A stretch of DNA of 64,000 nt from Pristiophorus japonicus (lineage: Eukaryota): NCBI RefSeq assembly GCF_044704955.1, contig NC_091978.1, forward strand, positions 219,170,001 through 219,234,000. The letters run 5' to 3'. This document shows, piece by piece, positions 48,240 through 60,232 of this stretch. The position numbers were made by a program, and so were the translations under genes. A model generated the notes under the pieces. The model worked only from the letters and a program-made list of their open reading frames with translations. It had not been told where the DNA came from and ran no database searches. The number at the start of each line of letters is the position of its first letter. Position 1 is the stretch's first letter.

Positions 48240-49886
48240 TTTTCTGAACATTGTTGCTGTCACACAATAAGAACATTTGTTTTTAGCAGATTAGGTTCTA
48301 TACCATTGAAGTGCTGTAACACTGACAAGCACTGTACAAATGTGCATGGCTGCACCCAGGCTCTCCCATGATGCTTATGGAGGGAGTCACAACATGTAGG
48401 GAGGTTCTCGGCATGCCGCTGACCCCTTATCACACCACGCCAACCCCTTTGCACCCCTTGGGGGAAATTGCCCCGCGGGAGTAATATTTGCGTGGGGCAA
48501 TGCCACCGACAGCTTCTCAGTTGGCCAGACAATAGCAGCCATCAGTTTGGCCGGGCTGCCAACGGGCAGGCTGGCATCCCCTCTTGGGTGCCAGGCCACT
48601 GGCCCAGCCGACACACTTCCTGGTGGCCCAGTATGAGGCTTTGAATATGCTTCTCAGATCGCAGCATCCTTCCCCTTTAAGAGAAAGGGAGAGGCATTGC
48701 AACATGACGCCATGACGTGGCGTGACAGAGATGCGCTGATAAGCTGAGCATGGTGCTGGCGTCGCACACTACGAGCACCGTGCAAACACCAGGGGAATAC
48801 CGGGTTAGCGCAGTCAACATTTATTTTGCACAAAGAGCACAAATCCACACCGGGGCCAGTGCATCCTGCGTCAGCACAAAAGAATCTCCATCAGCGACAT
48901 GACTGTCCCAAACCCAGTGCGGGGCAATTTTGGCTCCTTTGTGTACTTCGACAGATTTATGTACAGCTTTGGAAGTGGCCTAGTGAGTTATAGTAAATGG
49001 TCAGACATAAGGGTACCTGTACAATGGTGATGAGTGTGAAATGAATGGCTTGGGCATTGCAGAGATGCTTTATGGTGCTGGTGTGGGGTGGTGCCAAACT
49101 GGTGCATCATGTGGCAGCCAGGGTATGCAGCATCAAGTGAAGTAAATGTAGCCATGGTGAGGCCATCTCGCGGGCAGCAATGTGGTCAGGTGTTGATGCC
49201 CTATGTCCTGTGCAGCATCAGGTGATAGCATAGAGGGTTGGTGGTGTTGTTTGTGATACTGGTGTGTTTAGTGATGTTGGTCTTGGGGCTGATCGTGGTG
49301 AGATTCTAAGGACCAAGGTGAGATTTTTTTCAAGGGCTGCTGGAATCGATGGCAGGTGAGGTTGAGATGACAGAAACAATCTGTCAATGGTGAGAGAGGT
49401 TGCTCCAAGGAGATGACAGTGGACAGAGAGTTCACTGCAAACACTTCCAAACTGCATACAGCTCAAAAATGTATTCCAAATCCTGAAGGTTTCACTTTCT
49501 GACATTGGAAGTGAACAGCTGTGAAATGGTCACTTTTATACCACTTTTGCAGCTGTCAACTAGCCAAAGCAATGGAGAGTCACTGAGAACTCGACTCCAC
49601 TTACCTAGTGTGAAACCCGAGGGACGACAAATTCGTTGAAAACTTGGTAAAATGATAAGTGCCTGGGTAAAATCCTTTTAAATACCTTCAAATGAACCCT
49701 TAAGTATCTTAATTGACTAGCTTGCTGCTTGGTGTTGGGTCTGCAATCTGCACGCAGACCCGACAGCTGAAAAACTGACATGGAGGTGGGTTCAGAGCGG
49801 ACTTCTGCCCCACTGCCAATCATGGCCATTTTGACAGCAGGCCCGTCTCCAAACCTGTACTCGCAGGGCTGGGAAAATTCCAGCCC
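48240..49886. mobile_element. Second degenerate Harbinger-derived copy
   Basis: Similar to 32790-34530. Ends with ...AAAATTCCAGCCC, the same terminus type as the other MITE-like elements. Confidence 0.55.
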
Positions 49887-50575
49887 GTGTGTTCTAAACA
49901 CGCATTTTGTGGAACAAAGAAGTAAAATTAAGAAGAAAGCTTACAGTGAATATTGAAAAGAAGCAAAGACATTAAAACAACAGAAACTGGAAGACTAAAA
50001 ATAAAGAATTCAGCACTGATTACTATCATTTCTGTAACCTTTTAAAATGAGTTGTGCGCAAATCAGCAATCTCCTGTTTCCTGATTGGCTAATAGTCAGA
50101 TAGTGAAAGGAACACTGCCCCTCATGAGCCCAGGTTTGCATACAACAGTGCACTCCTGGATAGAGGATGTTGTGTATGCAATAACTGTTAGACTGAGTAG
50201 TGTTTAATGCCAAGAGGTATGACCTTGGCTCTGCTTTATTAAGGCCAAAATGCTGAATATACAAAATGGCTGGCCTTTTATACACGTGCGTGCAGCCCAA
50301 TGGACTCCAACCGTGCCGCCATCGAGTGGCTAATGATCCCAAAAGTACACACATGACAATACCCCGCTCTGAGATATTTACAAATTGAGATGGTCCGGTG
50401 TTTTACACTCCCAGGTTGACCGTCTCAGTTCAACTCCAACCTTGGGTGAGTCTTCAGAGTCTCTTGTGACTGGTGGCTGGATGGCTGACCTGGTGGGAGT
50501 GGCAATGGCCAAGTCAAGGATTGAAAGTCCATTTTCATTGAACATATCAGTGATTGAAAGTTCCGATTCACTGAT

Positions 50576-53500
50576 TGTCATGTATCTTACATTATTATAT
50601 ATAACTGTATCCTAACATGCTATACATGACTGTAATTAGATATGACCTGTAACCACCAGCATACCTTACCACCAGGGGTGCACTTGCAAGAGACAGGTAT
50701 ATAAGGGCAGGTCTCAGGCAAGTGCCGCATTCCAGAGCTTGGAAATAAAGGTGCAAGTTCAGAGTGACCATGCCTCGTGTGAATCTGTACTGAGGGGACA
50801 GGACTTTACAGTGGCGACGGGTTATGGGATTACAGAATCCACAGAATGGCGAACAACGGATCAGATGAAAAGTACAATGCGGGAGACAATTGGGAGGACT
50901 TATAGAAAGGCTCCAGCAAAGCTTTGTAACCAAAGACTGGTTAGGCGACGATAAGGCAGACAAGAGAAGAGCCCATCTCTTGACCAGCTGTGGCTCAAAA
51001 ACATACGCTTTAATGAAGGATCTGCTGGCACCCGGGAAACCAGCAAGCAAGTCGTTTGAAGAATTGAGCACACTGGTAAGAGACCACATGAAGCCAGCAA
51101 GCAGCCTACACATGGACAGACACAGGTTCTGCAACTACAGATGCTGTGTGGGCCAGAGCATACCCGACTTCGTGGTGGAATTTCGGAGGTTGGCTAGTTT
51201 ATGTGAGTTCTCCGATGAACTGAGGAGAGAAATGCTGAGAGACTTTTTCATTGAAGGAATAGGCCACGCAGGCATATTCCGAAAGCTCATAGAGACCAAG
51301 AACCTGGCCTTAGAGGCAGCAGCACTGGTTGCACAGACATTCTTGGTAGGGGAAGAAGAAACGAGGTTGATTTACAATGCAGGTACGACAACTAATGAAA
51401 TATTGGAACAAGAAGTTCACAGCACTAAACAAGCTGCTACCCCCACACACAGACAAAACTGGGAGAACAGGCTCTCGACAGCAGGCAGAAGCCATCAAGG
51501 GCCACAGGAACGGCCGTTCACACCTCATCAACCCATAATGCGAGCAATCAACTACAAACTGAGAGAAGCTCAAGAGAGATCAGCCAGACGCAGCTCATTC
51601 TTTGGGAACTCTTTGAACACTGGAACAGGTCTGTGCTGGAGGTGTGGGGGTGGGCACTCAGCAAGGGGATGTCGATTTCAGCAGGCTGTTTGCAGAAATT
51701 GTGAATATACAGGGCATTTGGCCCGCATGTGCAAAAAAACGGCAGCTCAGCTGGTATACGAATCGGATGGGTCGGAAAGCGGACCAGAAGATGGTGGGGA
51801 CAGTACCCGGGACACCGGTGTACAGCGGGTCAACACGATCAATGGCCGCTGCTCCTACAACAGGATGCCTCCTATAATGATGAGGGTCCTACTCAATGGG
51901 ATACCTGTCAACATGGAGCTGGATACGGGAGCGAGTCAATCTCTCATGGGCGCTCAACAATTTGAACAACTGTGGCCGCATAAAAGAGATAGACCAAAAC
52001 TCACAAGGGTCAACACCAAACTAAGGACCTATACTAAAGAAATCGTACCAGTCCTCGGCAGCGTCATGCTCTCTGTCACACACAAAGGGACAGTGAACTG
52101 ACTTCCCCTGTGGATTGTCCCCGGATACCCCCCAGCACTGCTGGGGAGAAGCTGGCTGGCAAAACTAAACTGGAAATGGGATGATGTCCATGCCATGTCA
52201 TTAGAGGAATGGACCTCCTGCTCAACAGTTATAAAGCGATTTGAACATCTCTTTCAGCCAGGTGTGGGCACTTTCAAAGGTGCCAAAGTCAAAATCTACA
52301 TCACACAGGATGCTAGACCAGTCCATCACAAGGCCAGAGCTGTACCCTATGTGATGAGGGAAAAGATTGAACACGAACTAGACAGGCTTCTGCGGGAAGG
52401 CATTATATCACCTGTGGAATTTCGCGACTGGGCAAGTCCCATCGTCCCAGTCATGAAGCCTGATGGATCCGTATGAATCTGTGGGGTCGACAAATCTACA
52501 ATAAACAGAGTCTCCCTACAGGACCAGTACCCGCTGCCCAGAGCGGAGGACTTATTTGCCACATTGGCTGGAAGTAAACTTTTCTCAAAATTATTCCTCA
52601 CATCTGCGTATATGATGCAAGAATTGACCGAGGAATCCAAGCTACTCACCACCATCAATACACATCGAGGTCTTTTCATGTACAATCGATGCCCATTCTG
52701 CATCAGGTCGGCAGCTGCCATATTCCAGCGCAACATGGAGAGTCTGCTCAAGTCCATCCCGGGGACGGTTGTATTTCAAGACGACATACTTATCACGGGC
52801 AGGGACATCGACTCCCATCTCCGTAATTTGGAGGAAGTACTAAAGCGGTTGGATCGGGTAGGCCTACGAGTCAAGAAATCCAAGTGCCTGTTTCTCGCAC
52901 TCGAGGTTGAATTTTTGGGCAGAAGGATTGCCGCTGATGGAATCCGCCCAACAGAGTCCAAAACAGAAGCAATTCGCCTGGCACCCCAGGCCCCGGGATG
53001 TCTCAGAACTGCGCGCCTTTCTCGGGCTACTCGACTACTTTGGGAACTTTATGTAGAACTTAAGCATGCTGCTGGAGCCTCTCCACGTGCTACTCAGGAA
53101 GGGGTGCGATTGGTTTTGGGGGGACGCCCAGGAACGCGCCTTCAATAAGGCACGCAACCTTCTGTGTTCCAACAGTGTTTTGACTTTCTTTGATCCAGGT
53201 AAAAAGCTAGTTCTCACATGCGATGCGTCAGCATATGGGGTCGGGGGCATTTTGCAACAGGTCAATAGTGCGGGAAAATTACAACCCATAGTTTATGCCT
53301 CCAGGTCACTTTCGCGGGCGGAGTGCGGGTAAGGAATGGTAGAGAAGGAGGCGCTTGCGTGCATGTACGGTGTCAAAAAGATGCACTAATATCTTTTCAG
53401 GGCCAAGTTCGCGTTAGAAACCGACCACAAGCCCCTCACGTCCCTCCTATCCGAGAGCAAGGCAATAAACGCCAACGCCTCGGCGCGAATTCAACAGTGG

Positions 53501-55305
53501 GCACTCATGCTGGCGTCCTACGACTATACCATAAGGCACATACCAGGCACAGACAACTGTGCCGACGCGCTCAGCAGGCTACCCCTGGCGATCACGGAAG
53601 GGTCTGACGAACAGGACTGTGAGATAGTCATGGCAATCAATGTCTTTGAGTCCACAGGTTCGCCCATGACAGCTCACCAAATCAGAGCCTGGACGGCCAG
53701 CGACCCCACGTTATCCTTAGTAAAAAGATGTGTCCTAACCGGTGACTGGGCAGAGGCTCGCGATGCCTGCCCCGAGGAATTAAAACCCTTTCACAGGCGC
53801 ATGCATGAGCTATCACTACAAGCAGACTGCCTGATGTGGGGCAGCCGAGTAGTCATGCCTCTGCGAGGCAGAGAGGCATTTGTCCGGGAGCTCCACTGTG
53901 AGCACCCGGGGATTGTTCTCATGAAGGCCATAGCCAGATCCCACGTCTGGTGGCCTGGTATTGACGCGGACTTGGAGCTCTGCGTCCGAAGGTGCACCAT
54001 TTGTGCCCAACTTAGCAATGTCCCCAGGGAGGCTCCACTGAGCCCCTGGCCTACCAAACCGTGGTCGCGGGTGCACGTAGACTATGTGGGCCCATTCATG
54101 GGCAAAATGTTCCTCGTAGTTGTAGATGCATTTTCAAAGTGGATCGAATGCACCATTTTAAACTCGAGCACAACCTCCACCACTGTGGAGAGCCTCGCAA
54201 CCATGTTTTCAACGCACGGAATCCCTGACATATTGGTCAGTGACAATGATCCGTGCTTCACCAGTGCAGAATTCAAAGACTTTATAATTGACCACGGCAT
54301 AAATCACATCAAGACGTCACCGTTCAAGCCGGCCTCCAACAGCCAGGCGGAGAAAGCAGTGCAAATCATTAAACAAGGCATGCTTAAAATCCAAGATCCC
54401 ACGCTGCAAGGTCGCCTGTCATGACTGCTGCTGGCATACAGATCTCGTCCGCACTCTTTGACTGGGATCCCCCCCGCGCAACTGTTGATGAAAAGGACTT
54501 AAAAAACAAGGCTCTCATTAATCCTCCCAGACATGCACAAAATCGTTGAGGCAAAGCGCCATAAGCTGACTGAGTACCATGACAGAAATTCGAGGGGGAG
54601 ATGGAATGAGATAGGGGACAAAGTGTTTGTACTAAACTATGGCAGGGGTCCCAAATGGCTTGCAGAGACAGTAACGGGCAAGGAAGGAAACAGGCTACTG
54701 GTAGTACAAATGGACAATGGCAAAATCTGCCGGAGGCATGTTGACCAAGTCAAAAGCAGATTTACCAACAACACTGCGGAACCAGAGGCAGACTACAATG
54801 TGGAACTCGCACCACACCTGGTGGACAGACAGAGGGAACAACCTGAGGAAAGGGCAATCCCAACAGACAGCCCAGGCGAGTCAACAACAATCACACCAAT
54901 GGAAACAGACAGCCCAGGCAAGATACCAGCAACCACACCCAAAGAAAAACAGACAGCAAGGCAAACAACTGAAGCACAACTCAGACGCTCCACGCGAGAG
55001 CGTAGACCACCTGAGAGACTGAACCTATAAAGACAATAAGACCTTGGGGGAGGGTGATGTCATGTATCTTACATTATTATATTTAACTGTATCCCAACAT
55101 GCTATACATGCCTGTAATAAGATATGACCTGTAACCACCAGCATACCTTACCACCAGGGGTGCACTTGCAAGAGACAGGTATATAAGGGCAGGTCTCAGG
55201 CAAGTGCAGCATTCCAGAGCTGTGAAATAAATGTGCAGGTCCAGAGTGACCTTGACTTCACTACATGCCTCGTGTGAATCTGTACTGAGGGGACAGGACT
55301 TTACA
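50576..55305 (+). mobile_element. Near-complete Gypsy/Ty3 LTR retrotransposon
   Basis: LTRs 50576-50810 and 55058-55305. TSD CTGAT (50571-50575 and 55306-55310). PBS TGGCGACGG. PPT GGGGGAGGG. Confidence 0.96.
50846..55030 (+). pseudogene. gag-pol: gag-pol polyprotein with several stops and frameshifts
   Basis: Two zinc knuckles (CWRCGGGH..C, CRNC...GH....C), protease ELDTGA, RT FQDD, RNase H CDAS and TDHKPL, integrase HVDYVGP, VSDN and PASN.QAE. Domain order PR-RT-RH-IN. Confidence 0.95.
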
Positions 55306-56339
55306 CTGATGACCACTGAGTCCTCTGATTACCGGGGGTTAGGTTGGTTGGTCGTCGATTATCCCTTCCTCTGACTGTTCCGGTTTATTTGTGTGCCGCA
55401 GCTTTGTCTGATCCATATGTTTCCTACATGTTTCTCCACTTTTGAGCTTGACAATAAATACTCTTTTGCCCTCCTTGGCCATGACAGCACCAGCGATCCA
55501 GTTGGGAGCCTTCAGAACATATGCAGGATCATTTACAGAAATATCGTGTGATACAGCTGCACAATCGTGATACCCTTCCTGACTTTGTCTTCTGTATTCC
55601 ACATGATTATTCAAGTCAGGGTGTACAAGAGATAGCTTGGTCTTAAGACCTCTCTTCATCATTAGTTCAGCAGGCAAGACCCCGGTAAGCGTGCGTGATC
55701 TTGTCCTGTAACTAAGCAGTATGCATGACAGGTGGGTCTGCAATGACCCTTGGGTTACTTTGCTTCATACTCTGCTTTATGATTTGGACAACACATATTG
55801 CTTGCCCATTGGATGCAGGTTTGAACGGTACTGACCTTACATGTTTGAAACCATTGAGTTTCATGAACTCTTGAAATTTCTGATTGGTGAAGCACGATTC
55901 GTTGCCGCTAACAACAATGTCAGGCAGACCATGTGTCGTGAAAATGACACTGAGTTTCTCAATGGTAGCTGTGGATGTGCTGGATGACATGATTATACAC
56001 ACTATCGATTTTGAATATGCATCTACCACAACGAAAAACATCTTCCCCAGGAAGGGACCTGCAAAGTCTATGTGGATCCTGGACCATGGTTTAGATGGCC
56101 ATGACCACAGACTCAGTGGCGATTCCGATGGTGCTTTACTGAGCTGCATGCAAGTGTTGCACTGATGCACACATGATTCCAGCTCAGAGACAATTCCCGG
56201 CCACCATACATGAGGCCTGGTGATGGCTTTCATCATTACAATGCCGAGATGTGTGCTATGTAGCTCAGGTACAAATTTCTCTCTCCCTTTCTTGGGCATA
56301 ACAACACGATTGCCCCACAGTATACAATCCGACTGAATA

Positions 56340-57265
56340 GACAAGTTTGCTGATAATACAAAGATGGGCAGGAAAGCAAATTGTGAGGAGGACACAAAAA
56401 ATTCTGCAAAGGGATATAGACAGGCTAAATGAGTGGGCAAAAATTTGGCAGATGGAGTATAATGTGGGAAAATGTGAAGTTATCCACTTTGGCAGAAAAA
56501 GTAGAAAAGCAAATTATAATTTAAATGGAGAAAAATTGCAAAGTGCTGCAGTACAGAGGGACCTGGGGGTCCTTGTGTATGAAACACAAAAAGTTGGTAT
56601 GCAGGTACATCAAGTAATCAGGAAGGCAAATGGAATGTTGGCTTTTATTGCAAGGGGGATGGAGTATAAAAGCAGAGAAGTCCTGCTACAACTGTACAGG
56701 GTATTGGTGAGGCCACACCTGGAGTACTACATATAGTTTTGGTCTCCGTATTTAAGGAAGGATATACTTACATTGGAAGCTGTTCAGAGAAGTTTCACTA
56801 GGTTGATTCCAGAGATGAGGGGGTTGACTTATGAAGATAGGTTGAGTAGGTTGGGTCTATGCTCATTGGAGTTCAGAAGAATGAGAGATGATCTTATCGA
56901 AACATATACAATAATGAGGGGGCTTGACAAGGTAAATGCAGAGTGGATATTTCCACATAGGGGAAAGTAAAATTCGGGGGCACAGTCTCAGAAAATTGTC
57001 CCATTTAAAACTGAGATGAGGAGCAATTTCATCTCTCAGAGGGTTGTAAATCTGTGGAATTCTCTGACCCAGAGAGCTGTGGAGTCTGGGTTATTGAATA
57101 TATTTAAGGCGGAGTTAGACAGTTTTTTGAGCAATCAGGGAGTTAAGGGTTATGGGGAGCGGGTAGGGAAGTGGGGCTGAGTCCATGATCAGATCAGCCA
57201 TGATCTTATTAAATGGCGGAGCAGGCTCAAGAGGCCAAATGGCCTACTCCTGCTCCTATTTCTTA
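56340..57265 (+). mobile_element. CR1 3' fragment
   Basis: KFADN, WQMEYNVGKCEV, LYRVLVRPHLEY, and 3'UTR. Confidence 0.92.
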
Positions 57266-58199
57266 AGTGCGGATTTCTTCAGATGTTGATGGTGTAATCC
57301 TCAGCTACACTGCTGACCGCGAATTCATGGCCATTAACTCCGAGGTGGAAAGAGAGTGAGCAGAGGTGTATGGATTCTGGCCCTTCTCTAAAGGTGTGCA
57401 TGGAAACCAGTTCCACCATCATTATTATGACAATAGGGGTACTGAAGTTGAATGTTCAGCCATGAACTCATTGAATGTTTGTGCAGGCTAGAAGGGCCGA
57501 ATGGCCTACTCCTGCACCTATTTTCTATGTTTCTAATATGATGCCAGGTAAAATTCACTCAATGCCTAATGAATTCTACAAACTTCTGCAACTTCACATG
57601 AAAGGCATTGTGAAACTGCATGCCGATAAATGTGAATAAATATACGATTGATATACTGCAGGAGACAAACTTTATTCGTTTGTGAATCATAGTACAAAAT
57701 GTATTTTTATTAATTGATGTATGTTATAAATTGTGTTGTTGTGGTGATAATTGTGGAGAGTGTTTTTTGATGATTCCGGTGAGGAGAGGCTTGAGATGCT
57801 CAGACTTTTTTCACTGATGTAGGGAAGGATGTGAGATAGGCCACAAATGAGGCCAGGACCCAGATATGCTGAGTCTCGGCCTTACGGCTGGATTCCACAA
57901 TAGTCTTTTGGAGACATAAACAAGGATTAAACAGAGTCATGGCTGGGGGCATGGACTCCCTATGTTAAGGGACCTGGCATTGGGTAACCAGAAATATACC
58001 TAGTGAGACATAACTTGCCAATACCTTTGAATATGGGGCACATCTGGGGGTTCAAGGCTGTGATCGTGTTCTGAGTCCTGAAGAGAAACCACATTTTATT
58101 TTTTAATTAAATGCAGCCCCTTATAAATGGGACCACTGAGAGCCTTCTGTTTCCGAGGTAAAGACACCTCCCCCGGCCTGATACTTTCTGGCTACATCC

Positions 58200-58565
58200 A
58201 TCCACCTTGGCTCCATATCCCTTAATACCTTTGTCTCGCAAAAATCTATTGATCTCAGATTTATTATTATTATTTGAGCTAACATCTACTGCTTTTTGTG
58301 TGAGAGAGTTCCACACTTCTGGCACTCTTTGTATGAAGGAGTATTTCCTAACCTCTTCTGGCTGGCCTGACTCTGATTTTAGGGTTGTGATCCCTTGTTC
58401 TGGGCTTCCCCACCAGCAGAAAAGGTTTTTTATCTACCGTAACAATTCCCCTCAAATCCTAAAAATCTCAATCAAGTCACCTTCTATATTCCAGGGAAAA
58501 CAAGCCTAGTTTATGTAATCTCTCCTTATAATTTAACTGTTGGTGCCCTGGTAACATCCTGGTAC
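58200..58565 (-). mobile_element. Old CR1 fragment
   Basis: VWNSLTQKAV...KSEINRFL..KGIKGYG. Confidence 0.75.
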
Positions 58566-58644
58566 AGCTATGGAGAGAACCCAAGCATGGAATTCGTTTC
58601 GGATTGTTCGAGCAAATGCAATGTGCCGAATGGCCAACTTGTCT

Positions 58645-59011
58645 TAGGGACGGGACAGGTTAGATGCGGCAAGAATGTTCCCGTTGTTGGGGAAGTCCGG
58701 AACCAGGGGACACAGTCTTGGGATAGGGGGTAGGCCATTTAGGACTGAGATGGGGAGAAACTTCTTCACTCAGAGAGTTGTTAACCTGTGGAATTCCCTG
58801 CCGCAGAGAGTTGTTGATGCCAGTTCATTGGATATATTCAAGAGGGAGTTAGATATGGCCCTTACGGTTAAGGGGATCAAGGGGTATGGAGAGAAAGCAG
58901 GAAAGGGGTACTGAGGGAATGATCAGCCATGATCTTATTGAATGGCGGTGCAGGCTCGAAGGGGCGAATGGCCTACTCTTGCACCTATTTTCTATGTTTC
59001 TATGTTTCTAT
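58645..59011 (+). mobile_element. Young CR1 3' end
   Basis: RMFP.LGKS.TRGHSL...KGIKGYGEKAGKGY*, 3'UTR and (TTCTATGT)n tail. Confidence 0.93.
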
Positions 59012-59884
59012 GAGGGGGAGATTTGCGTAAATCCTACCGAATATAGTAGCAGGACCTGTTTCAACTATTTTCAACTGGTTTCCCGCCCAACAGCCAGCCA
59101 GCCTTCAGCATCCTGTCAGGTGGGAATGTAGAAGGGGATAGATCAGGATCTTCGGGGTTTTGATCGGAGGTGGGGGTGGTCGGGGAGAGATCGCGGTGTT
59201 TGGTGTATTGATCACGGGTCGGCGGCCAATCCAGGGGGTAAACAGCCTTGCTTGCTGGGCCAAGGGGAAACACTTCTGCTCCTCCTGGCCCACAAGCAGT
59301 GCAATAAAGACGTTTAACAGATGAATCCAGACTTTCTTGCGTCCTTTCATCTGTTGGGTTTCCCGAGGTTCAGGTAACACGGCCTCCATGGGTTAAAAAT
59401 GAATATGAGGTAAAAATGGAGGCATACAACAGCCTTAAAATATTTTAGTGATAATCCACCTGCAGAGAGGGGATTTGTCATTCACCCACCTGGCCTATTA
59501 CTTGCTGCACCAATGCAGTTATTTTGCATTAATTCATTGACTACAAATGAATCATATTACAATTTTCATAATTTTTTATCACAGTAACATTCAGATTCAG
59601 CATTTGAGCATCACATAACATGACAGGTTCAACATAACTGTATGGAATGTTATTCAAAAGTTTAACCTCTATTAAGAAATTGCAAAAAAAATGGATTATT
59701 TAAAGATTGTTTCAGGAATCATTAAAATTATTTCTCAGCTGATTTCCACTGATCAATTTTCTGAACTTTTGGGGGGGCGCTGATTCAGTAAAAAACAACT
59801 TTCACCTGGATTTTGAGGAAAGATCCCGAAAGTTCCCACTATTTTCTTACCAACAATCAAGTCCGTAAAAATCAAGTCAGAAAA

Positions 59885-60232
59885 AAATGAAATAGCAGAG
59901 GCTCTGACCAACATTTTGCAATCCTCTCTGGTTACAGGTGTGGTGCCGGAGGATTAGAGGACTGCTAACATTGTTTAAAAAGAGAGAAAATGATAGACCG
60001 GGTAATTACAGGCCAGTCAGCCTAACATTGGTGATATAAAATTTATTGGAAAAAATGATGTAGTGTGTATGGATTTTAGCAAGGCTTTTGATAAGGTCCC
60101 ATGGCAGACTGGTCACAAAAGTAAAAGTCCATGGGTTCCAGGGCAAAGTGGCAAGTTGGATCCAAAATTGGTTCAGAGGCAGGAAGCAAAGGGTAATGGT
60201 TGATGGGTGCTTTTGTGACTGGAAAGATGTTT
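59885..60232 (+). mobile_element. CR1 RT fragment (subfamily of the 10518-22632 element)
   Basis: EIAEALT..LQSSL..GVVPEDW, NYRPVSLT, MDFSKAFDKVP, WIQNW..GRKQRVMVDGCFCDWK. Confidence 0.85.

Larger units (their letters stand above)
50168..56340 (-). mobile_element. Older Gypsy element (3' part), split by a younger Gypsy
   Basis: Short 3' LTR ~50168-50358. Integrase C-terminus 50378-50575 (LRRSTWECKTPDHLNL) continues at 55311-56340 (ELHSTH.G..MK, CNTC, WSRIHIDFAGP, PASNGQA). Truncated at a CR1 at 56340. Confidence 0.88.
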
